A stretch of DNA of 64,000 bases. Source: Candidatus Eiseniibacteriota bacterium (GTDB taxonomy: Bacteria > Eisenbacteria > RBG-16-71-46). The stretch is taken from contig OY970342.1 in NCBI GenBank assembly GCA_963717505.1, positions 937,551-1,001,550 on the forward strand, in the 5' to 3' direction. Made by a program: the position numbers and the translations under genes. Every line of letters begins with the position of its first letter. Position 1 is the first letter of the stretch. The notes under the pieces are model-generated. The model worked only from the letters and a program-made list of their open reading frames with translations. It did no database searches and was not told the DNA's origin. This document shows, in pieces, positions 57,251-64,000 of this stretch.

Positions 57251-60200
57251 ATGTCCACTCGATCCGTCCTCCGCTGGTCCGCCCTGGCTGGGTTGCTGCT
57301 GTTGCATTCGCCCGTCGAGGCAAGGGGCAACCGCCTCGGTCTCCCGCGAATCCACACGACGGACATCGCGCGCCGCATCGACGCCAATCAGATCAACATG
57401 TGCGCGACGAACGTCGGCTCGTTCGCATTCAACCTGTCCACCGGAGACGCCGGACTCGAGTACCCGAAGGGCTCTGGCATCACGTCGATCTTCGCCGCGG
57501 GATTGTGGATGGGCGCGCGGGTCGGCGGCGAGACGCGCGTGGTGGTCGCCGAGTACTCACAGGAATTCGGTCCGGGCGCGATGTCGGGCGGAACGTTCAC
57601 CGATCCCTCGCTGCCCGCCTACCGCGTGTACAAAGTCGCGCGGTGGTCCGGCGATCCGCAAGACAGCGCTCATGTCGATCGTGTGGCTCCCGGCCCTTTC
57701 GAGGACCCGCTCGTTCATGACTCCTGGAGCGAGTACATGGCTGGTGCCGTTCCGTTCGGCGCCCCGTGGCGCCTGCATCGACTGCCCGACCTGAACACGC
57801 CAGCGCCCGACGACTCGGTCGACGTTCCCGGCCCCGAGGTTCTCGGCGACCAGATGCTGTGGACCGTTTACAACGACGCGAATCCCTCGAACCATTACAA
57901 CAATGCCGGCAACTCGCCGCCTCTTGGCATCGAAGTGCAGCAGTTCGTCTGGGCCTTCAACCAGTCCGGCGGGCTGGGGCGAACGGTGTTCATGAAGTTC
58001 AAAATCATCAACAAGGGCGGCAACTCTCTCGAGGACGCGTACGTCTCCCTGTGGAGCGATCCCGACCTGGGGGGCGCGGCCGGCTTTACCGACGACCTCG
58101 TCGGTTGCGACACAACGCTCGATCTCGGCTACGTCTACAACGCGACCAACAACGATGGCGGCTATGGATCCTCGCCGCCGGCGTGCGGATTCGTGCTGCT
58201 TCGCGGCCCGGCGACCGGCTCAGACACGCTGCGCATGACGGCCTTCACCAAGTACATCAATGGCACCGACCCGACTGCGAACCTCGATTCCTACAACCAC
58301 ATGCAGGGTTTGTTCGCCGACGGTAGCCCGATCGTCGATCCGACCACTGGGTTCGAGACGCGCTTCATGCACTCGGGCGAGCCCGTGTCCGGAATGGGGT
58401 GGCTGGATTCGAATCCCGCCGATCGCAGGATGATGGTTTCGTCCGGGCCATTCCACATGGCCCCCGGCGACACTCAGCAGGTCGAGTACGCGATCGCGAT
58501 CGGCCAGGGCAGCAATCGGCTCGCTTCGATATCGGACCTCAAGACGCTTGCCGCAGAGCTCAAGGACCTGGTGCCACCGCCACCACCGCCTACTGCGCTC
58601 AACTGCCCGCGGGACCCAGATTACTGGAGCGTGCAGTGCGATCCCTCGGAAGCCGAACTCAGTTCCAGCGCCGTGGATTCGATCGCCGCGTACGTGAATC
58701 AGGGATCTCTGCTATTCGACTGGTTGGCGCCGCGAAACGAATTCTGCGCGGCGATTACTCCTGCCGAGCCGGTGGACCTCCGTGCCCAGGCGAAGCGCGA
58801 GTTCGCGGCGTTACTGGCGAACTACGGCGCCGGCGTGCTCGACATCGTCCCCCCGGGCGGCTCGACCATCGAGCTGCAGCCGCAAACACCCATCTCCTGT
58901 CCCGGCATGGCCGCCGTCAACATCGAGGGGCTGGTGGCGATCGCCACGCCGAGTATCAGCGTGCGAAGTGCGGACTACCTCGATCTCAATCCCGACCATC
59001 GGCGGGCTCTCGAGGGGCTGGACTGGGGAGGCGCCGGGTTCGGAGGCGGCGCGGCAACCTTGTGGGAATTCTTCGGTTCGAGCCTCGATCCCCTGGCACA
59101 TCCCGACTCCTTCGTCACCGTCGAGATTCGTTTCTCGCCGACCGAGACTCAGTACGCCTACCGGTACTTGCGGCTCGAGCAGGTCGATGGTTCGCAGCCG
59201 GTCATCGGTCGCGGGTATCCATACGGTGGCTTCCGCACCGTCCCCTTCCAGGCGTGGGATGTGCGCAACAACGTCCAGCTCGACGTTGCGTTCGTCGAGC
59301 GCACGATCACCGACGCCGACGGCACGATCCTGCCCCCGGCTCAGCAGCCGGCGACGTTCGATTCGACCTGGATGCCTTCGTCGGATCCGCTGGACCGCGA
59401 GTATCTGATCGTGATCTCGCGACCCTATGGAGACGCCGCCAAGGCCGAGTTGGCCATCGACGGCCTGCCGATCAGCGGGGTGATGCCCGGGCTCTATGTT
59501 CTGTGGTCGTATCTGCGTACCCCCGACGACGTGATCGACGACGGCGACGCGTTCGAATTCGTCTGGTCGCCCTACAGCGGCCCCGGCGTCGACACGCGAC
59601 TGCTCGAGCTCGAGGGCGAGCCCCTGTCCGACCCGTCGGTGGAAGCCGCGTACGCCGAGATCATCGCGTGCGTCGGCAATGTCAACCGCGGCATCGGGCT
59701 GGAGAACCCGTGCGACAAGGTGACGCCCGTCCTGGTGTCGCTGGTTGACGCGTTCGCGGAACCCACCGGCGTCACGCTCGCGTGGCAGGTGTCGGGCACG
59801 GGACTTCCGGTCGTCCTCGAGCGCCGCGAGTCGCACGGCGACTGGGCTCCCGTGGCGATCCTCAGCGCCGACGGCACCGGGATGATCCGCTACCTGGATC
59901 GTGACGTTCTCCCCGGCAACCGCTATGGCTATCGCCTCCAGTTCGACAGCGACGGCGTCGTGGTGACGCAAGGCGAAACCTGGTTGGACGTTCCGGTTCG
60001 CGATGCCCTGGCGCTCGCAGGCTTCGTCCCGAATCCGGCGTCTCGGAACCCGTCGGTCGAATTCCTTCTGCCCTCACGCGATCGAGCGCGACTGGAGCTG
60101 TTCGACGTGCAGGGACGCAGGATGCTCACCCGCGAAGTCGGCCAGCTCGGGCCGGGCCGTCACGTGATCTCGCTGGAAGGCGCGGTCCAGCTGGCGCCGG

Positions 60201-60268
60201 GAACCTACTTGATCACGCTCACCCAGCGGGGACAGACGACCCGCCGCAAGGGCGTCGTCGTCCGCTAG
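57251..60268 (+). CDS. Large secreted protein (1005 aa) with T9SS-type C-terminal sorting domain
   Basis: Signal peptide (LAGLLLLHSPVEA). C-terminal ~80 aa (NPASRNPSVEFLLP...LELFDVQGRRM...GTYLITLTQ...) of the same family as the 43343-45088 C-terminus. Body unassigned. Confidence 0.55.
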   Translation: MSTRSVLRWSALAGLLLLHSPVEARGNRLGLPRIHTTDIARRIDANQINMCATNVGSFAFNLSTGDAGLEYPKGSGITSIFAAGLWMGARVGGETRVVVAEYSQEFGPGAMSGGTFTDPSLPAYRVYKVARWSGDPQDSAHVDRVAPGPFEDPLVHDSWSEYMAGAVPFGAPWRLHRLPDLNTPAPDDSVDVPGPEVLGDQMLWTVYNDANPSNHYNNAGNSPPLGIEVQQFVWAFNQSGGLGRTVFMKFKIINKGGNSLEDAYVSLWSDPDLGGAAGFTDDLVGCDTTLDLGYVYNATNNDGGYGSSPPACGFVLLRGPATGSDTLRMTAFTKYINGTDPTANLDSYNHMQGLFADGSPIVDPTTGFETRFMHSGEPVSGMGWLDSNPADRRMMVSSGPFHMAPGDTQQVEYAIAIGQGSNRLASISDLKTLAAELKDLVPPPPPPTALNCPRDPDYWSVQCDPSEAELSSSAVDSIAAYVNQGSLLFDWLAPRNEFCAAITPAEPVDLRAQAKREFAALLANYGAGVLDIVPPGGSTIELQPQTPISCPGMAAVNIEGLVAIATPSISVRSADYLDLNPDHRRALEGLDWGGAGFGGGAATLWEFFGSSLDPLAHPDSFVTVEIRFSPTETQYAYRYLRLEQVDGSQPVIGRGYPYGGFRTVPFQAWDVRNNVQLDVAFVERTITDADGTILPPAQQPATFDSTWMPSSDPLDREYLIVISRPYGDAAKAELAIDGLPISGVMPGLYVLWSYLRTPDDVIDDGDAFEFVWSPYSGPGVDTRLLELEGEPLSDPSVEAAYAEIIACVGNVNRGIGLENPCDKVTPVLVSLVDAFAEPTGVTLAWQVSGTGLPVVLERRESHGDWAPVAILSADGTGMIRYLDRDVLPGNRYGYRLQFDSDGVVVTQGETWLDVPVRDALALAGFVPNPASRNPSVEFLLPSRDRARLELFDVQGRRMLTREVGQLGPGRHVISLEGAVQLAPGTYLITLTQRGQTTRRKGVVVR

Positions 60269-60272
60269 TCGG

Positions 60273-61400
60273 CTACTTCTTGCGGCCGCGGTTCGCCGCC
60301 GCGCGTTTGACCGGCTTGGTGCGACTCTTGGTCGCCACCGAGAGCTTCTTGGCCGCCAGTGTGCGGCGTTCGGCCTTGCGCAGTCGACCGATCGCAGGCC
60401 TGGTCTTGGCGCGTTCTGGGTCGTTCTTCTTCCGCGGCGCGAGTCGCGTGCGGTCGGGACCGGCGCCACGCACCGACTTGAGACGTGGCGTGTCCTCGGC
60501 GCGTTTCTTCGCCACAGAGGCCCGCGCCGCGGTCCGCGAGGCGCGAGTCACCTTTGGCTTCTCTCGGTAGTCGGGGCGCAGCGCGACTCGACTCACGGCC
60601 TTGGAGCCCTTTGTCACCGGCTTGCGGATCCCGGCACGCCGCGGGGCGCCATCGTCCTCGAAGGCCTCGGCCACCGCGGGCGGCGCGGGAATCACGCCGG
60701 CGGGTTCGCGGAACACGATCAGGTTGCCGTCGGGGTCCGTGATCTCGGCATAGACGCCCAGGTCGCCATCGCCGGGTTCGGAAGTCAGTCGCACACCGCG
60801 GTCCTCGACCTCGCGCGACCAGACGTCCAAATCGTCGACGTCGAACGCGAGCGCCACGCTCTGGTGGGTGTGTGCCGGCGCATCGGGGCGCTCGGCCCGC
60901 GCCCGGACGATGATTCGGGAGCCGCCGGTTTCGAACTCGATCCAGTCGGGCAGCTCGGCCATCGGGGCGAGCCCGAGGCGATCACGGTAGAACATGGCCG
61001 TCGCCCCGAAGTCCCACGCGTTGACGATCACCGCGCCCAGCTCGGGCGCGCCCGAACCGGGGGCGGGCCGGGCCGGCTCGAGCAGCGTGACCAGGGTGCG
61101 TTCCGGATCGCGCATGTGGATCAGTCGCCCGAACGGCTCCTTACGGATCTCGTCGACGAATCGCATGCCGCGGCCGCGCAGTCGCTCGACGTCGGATTCC
61201 AGTCGGTCGGTGGCGAAGCACAACTCGTACTCCGGCTTCTGCTCGGGCTCGATCGCGAGCAGCGCGAAGCTGGACGAACCCGTGCGAAACGGGGTGAAGA
61301 ACGGACTCTCGTTGCCAGGGGTGAGCCCGACCGCATCCCGGTAGAACTCGGTCATTCCATCCATATCGGAGGTGAACAGAATCGAATAGGCGAGCTTCAA
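60273..61400 (-). CDS. Tandem VOC (glyoxalase/bleomycin-resistance/dioxygenase) domain protein with ~115-aa Lys/Arg-rich C-terminal tail
   Basis: Two VOC-fold halves. Tail KPVTKGSKAVSR...KKRAEDTPRLK...RKKNDPERAKTRP...AAKKLSVATKSRTKPVKRAAANRGRKK. TTG start 10 nt after the ALDH stop with an AGAGGGA RBS; ATGs at 61364 and 61355 are alternatives. Confidence 0.6.
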   Translation of the reverse strand: MKLAYSILFTSDMDGMTEFYRDAVGLTPGNESPFFTPFRTGSSSFALLAIEPEQKPEYELCFATDRLESDVERLRGRGMRFVDEIRKEPFGRLIHMRDPERTLVTLLEPARPAPGSGAPELGAVIVNAWDFGATAMFYRDRLGLAPMAELPDWIEFETGGSRIIVRARAERPDAPAHTHQSVALAFDVDDLDVWSREVEDRGVRLTSEPGDGDLGVYAEITDPDGNLIVFREPAGVIPAPPAVAEAFEDDGAPRRAGIRKPVTKGSKAVSRVALRPDYREKPKVTRASRTAARASVAKKRAEDTPRLKSVRGAGPDRTRLAPRKKNDPERAKTRPAIGRLRKAERRTLAAKKLSVATKSRTKPVKRAAANRGRKK

Positions 61401-61410
61401 GAAATCCCTC

Positions 61411-62871
61411 TCATTCCACGCTGATCCAGACGCTCTTGACCTGGGTGACGTCGCGCAGGCTGTCCGGTCCCAGGTCGCGGCCGAAACCCGAGGCCTTGTA
61501 GCCGCCGAACGGAACACCGGCGTCGTAGAAGTTGTAGGTGTTGACCCAGACGGTGCCGGCCTGGAGCCGGCGTGAGACCGAATGCGCCTTCTTGATGTCG
61601 CGCGTCCACACGCCGGCCGCGAGCCCAAAGGGTGTGTCGTTGGCGATGCGCACCGCATCGTCGACGTCGTCGAACGGAATCACGGCCAGCACCGGGCCGA
61701 AGATCTCCTCGCGCGCAACGCGCATGTCGTTGCGCACGCCGTCGAGCACCGTCGCCTGAACGAACCAGCCCTTGCCGTTGACCGGCTGGCGCTTGCCTCC
61801 GGCGACGACTTTCGCGCCTTCCTGGATGCCGGCCTCGACGTACCCGAGCACGGTCTGCATCTGCTTCTCGCTGACCAAGGAACCCAGCCGGGTCTTGGGC
61901 TCGAGCGGATCGGCGGGCTGGAGCTTGGCCGCGCGCTCGGCGAGCTTGGCGACGAACTCGGCGTGGATGCCGCGCTCGACCAGCAGTCGCGAGCCGGCGG
62001 CGCACACCTCACCCTTGCCATAGAAGATGCCGGTCGAAGCACCGCGCACCGCGGCGTCGAGGTCGGCGTCGGCGAACACGATGTTCGGCGACTTGCCGCC
62101 CAGCTCGAGCGTGAGCTTCTTGATCGTGTCGGCGGCGGTCCGCATCAGGTGTTTGCCGACCTCGGTCGAGCCGGTGAACGAGATCTTGTCGATCCCGGGA
62201 TGTTTCACCATCGCCTCGCCGGCCACCGAGCCCTTGCCGGGCAGGATGTTGAGCGCACCCGGCGGCAGACCGGCTTCGAGCGCCAGTTCACCGATACGGA
62301 TGGCGCTGAGCGGCGTCAGCTCGGCGGGTTTGATGATGACGGTGTTGCCGGCGGCGAGCGCGGGCGCCGCTTTCCAGGCCACCATGATCATCGGGAAGTT
62401 CCACGGAATGATCGCGCCCAGGACCCCGAGCGGCTCGCGCAGCGTGTAGTTGAGGAACGCAGAATTCACGGGCAGAGTTTCGCCGGCGATCTTGGTCGCC
62501 CAGCCGGCGAAGTAGTGGAAGCAGTTTGCGACCATCGGGATGTCGACCTGGCGCGACTCGAAGATCGGTTTGCCGTTGTCGAGCGTTTCCAGGCGCGCGA
62601 TGTCGTCGGCGTTCTGGAGGATCAGGTCGCCGAGCTTGAACAGCACTCGCTGGCGATCGGCGGGCTTCATCTTGGCCCATGGCCCCTCGAACGCGGCGCG
62701 CGCGGCCTGGACCGCCCGATCGACGTCCTCGACGCCGGCCTCGGCCACCTCACAGATCGGCTGCTCGGTCGCTGGATTCATCGTCGTGAACGTCCGGCCG
62801 GAGGCGGCGTCGACCGCCTTGCCGTCGAGAATCAGCTTGCCGGGCTTGATCGCGGCGAGGGTTTCGGTCAT
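61411..62871 (-). CDS. NAD(P)-dependent aldehyde dehydrogenase
   Basis: ALDH glutamate and cysteine active-site motifs (LELGGKSP, FYGKGEVCAAGSR). 486 aa. Confidence 0.9.
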   Translation of the reverse strand: MTETLAAIKPGKLILDGKAVDAASGRTFTTMNPATEQPICEVAEAGVEDVDRAVQAARAAFEGPWAKMKPADRQRVLFKLGDLILQNADDIARLETLDNGKPIFESRQVDIPMVANCFHYFAGWATKIAGETLPVNSAFLNYTLREPLGVLGAIIPWNFPMIMVAWKAAPALAAGNTVIIKPAELTPLSAIRIGELALEAGLPPGALNILPGKGSVAGEAMVKHPGIDKISFTGSTEVGKHLMRTAADTIKKLTLELGGKSPNIVFADADLDAAVRGASTGIFYGKGEVCAAGSRLLVERGIHAEFVAKLAERAAKLQPADPLEPKTRLGSLVSEKQMQTVLGYVEAGIQEGAKVVAGGKRQPVNGKGWFVQATVLDGVRNDMRVAREEIFGPVLAVIPFDDVDDAVRIANDTPFGLAAGVWTRDIKKAHSVSRRLQAGTVWVNTYNFYDAGVPFGGYKASGFGRDLGPDSLRDVTQVKSVWISVE

Positions 62872-62982
62872 TGGGGGGAAGGCCTTTCCAGGCGGGGCCC
62901 ATTTGTGCCCCGGGCGTCTCGCCGGAGCGGATCGACATCCAGGCGCATCATGGCCTGGGAGCGCTCCGTCTGTCGAGTGCCT

Positions 62983-63009
62983 TGCACGTTCTGGACAGGA
63001 TGCTAGACT
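62983..63009 (+). promoter_or_regulatory. Candidate sigma-70-like promoter upstream of the decaheme cytochrome gene
   Basis: TTGCAC-(15 nt)-TAGACT about 120 nt upstream of the ATG. GGAGG RBS lies 9 nt before the start. Confidence 0.25.
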
Positions 63010-63129
63010 GCCGGCGCTATCACCCTGCGGTTGTCATCGACCCTCTCGATCAGCCGCCGGTCGAAACCGTCGGATCCCCTCAAGGCCGACCCAACGTAGC
63101 GCCAACCCTCCTCCCCTTGGAGGCGCGCC

Positions 63130-64000
63130 ATGCGTAAGGGTGCAGTCTTCACGGCGGTACTCCTCGGCACCTCGACGCTCGCGTTGGTCTTCGCACGCGC
63201 TCCGCTCTCGCAGTCGGAAGCGAAGCCCGTCGGCGACGACGCCTGCATCGAGTGTCACGAGGCGCAGTATCTGAGTTTCCGGGCAGGTCCACACGGCCGC
63301 GCCGCCCACGATCCGGGCAACGCCACAGCTCCCGACTGCGAAACCTGCCACGGTCCCGGATCGCTTCACGTCGAAGCCGACGGCGACAAATCGCTTCCGG
63401 GCTTCGCCACCATGAAGCGGTACGGCGACAAAGCGACCAACGCCCAGGCCACCGAGCTGTGCCAGACCTGCCACAAGGGCGGCGAGCAGTCGTACTGGCA
63501 GCACAGCGCTCACTCGCGCAAAGGCGTGTCGTGCATCGAGTGCCACAGCATGCACTCGGCCAAGGACCCCGGCGGCGAGAAGCAGCTCAAGGCGGAGACG
63601 CCCACCGAGATGTGCTTCACCTGCCACAAGACCAAGCAGTTCAAGCTCTCGCGCTCGGCCCACATGCCGCTGATCGAGGGCGGGATGAATTGCACCGAAT
63701 GCCACAACCCTCATGGCTCGGCGGGACCCCATCAAATCCGCGCGGTGTCGAACAACGAGCTGTGCGAGAAGTGCCACGCCGACAAGCGCGGGCCGCTGTT
63801 GTGGGAACACGCGCCGGTGCGCGAGAACTGCGTGACCTGTCACGAACCGCACGGCTCCAACAACGACAAGGTGCTGACGGGAAAGAAACCCTTCCTATGT
63901 CAGCGGTGCCACATCGGCACGCGACACCCGGCCACGCTCTACGACAATCCCGATCTGCAGAGCAATCGGCTCTTCAACCGCTCGTGCACGAATTGCCACT
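63130..64000 (+). CDS. MtrA/DmsE/MtoA/PioA-family periplasmic decaheme c-type cytochrome (3' end truncated by window edge)
   Basis: Signal peptide. 10 CXXCH motifs within 290 aa, at the density and spacing typical of the MtrA family (CIECH, CETCH, CQTCH, CIECH, CFTCH, CTECH, CEKCH, CVTCH, CQRCH, CTNCH). No stop before the window end. Confidence 0.8.
   Translation, partial: MRKGAVFTAVLLGTSTLALVFARAPLSQSEAKPVGDDACIECHEAQYLSFRAGPHGRAAHDPGNATAPDCETCHGPGSLHVEADGDKSLPGFATMKRYGDKATNAQATELCQTCHKGGEQSYWQHSAHSRKGVSCIECHSMHSAKDPGGEKQLKAETPTEMCFTCHKTKQFKLSRSAHMPLIEGGMNCTECHNPHGSAGPHQIRAVSNNELCEKCHADKRGPLLWEHAPVRENCVTCHEPHGSNNDKVLTGKKPFLCQRCHIGTRHPATLYDNPDLQSNRLFNRSCTNCH

Noticed and set aside
1-64000. 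Search for tRNA, rRNA, CRISPR arrays, IS elements, integrases and phage genes
   Set aside because: No GGTTCGAATCC-type T-loop in a tRNA context. No direct-repeat/spacer periodicity. No transposase or integrase-like ORFs. The window appears to be stable core or accessory chromosome.

Overview
This is a high-GC (~70%) bacterial chromosomal window in which almost every real gene has a spurious arginine/alanine-rich ORF on the opposite strand. The C-terminal sorting-domain proteins, multiheme cytochromes and tetratricopeptide-associated TRAP transporter suggest a Gemmatimonadota-like or FCB-related candidate-phylum organism, but this is a guess. No rRNA, tRNA, CRISPR or obvious mobile elements were seen. 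Gene order: trxB and ETF-ubiquinone oxidoreductase; a TatT-DctP-DctQM TRAP transporter operon; then on the minus strand a tightly coupled five-gene cluster (6615-14042). That cluster is a polytopic His-rich membrane protein, a membrane-anchored ferredoxin/FAD-NAD oxidoreductase, a 20-heme and a 19-heme c-type cytochrome, and an outer-membrane beta-barrel. I read it as a candidate porin-cytochrome extracellular electron transfer (EET) conduit with its own cytoplasmic-membrane input module and a sigma-54-like promoter, and it is the main finding. Downstream: a TPR membrane protein; TamB-like and BamA/TamA-like genes with a convergent patatin-Omp85 (PlpD-like) gene; a Trp-rich lipoprotein; queG; a secreted CBM-like protein; moaD-GNAT-moaE; a CPBP protease; an MBL-fold hydrolase; a Lon N-domain protein; an oxidative-stress cluster (bcp, sod, Cys-cluster protein, AhpD-like); ispH with a LigB-like dioxygenase; an intradiol-dioxygenase-like protein; a TPR protein; enoyl-CoA hydratases; arsR-arsM with a clean terminator; two large secreted proteins with T9SS-type C-terminal domains; a TonB-dependent receptor; DMT and DoxX membrane proteins; Fpg/Nei; an HTH regulator; thiolase; a Tat-exported aldo-keto reductase; a tandem-VOC protein with a histone-like basic tail; and an aldehyde dehydrogenase. 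At the 3' edge (63130+) a second, truncated conduit gene begins: an MtrA/MtoA/PioA-type decaheme cytochrome with 10 CXXCH in about 290 aa. Start positions are frame-checked against the ORF track. Hairpin and promoter coordinates are hand-located and may be off by a base or two.
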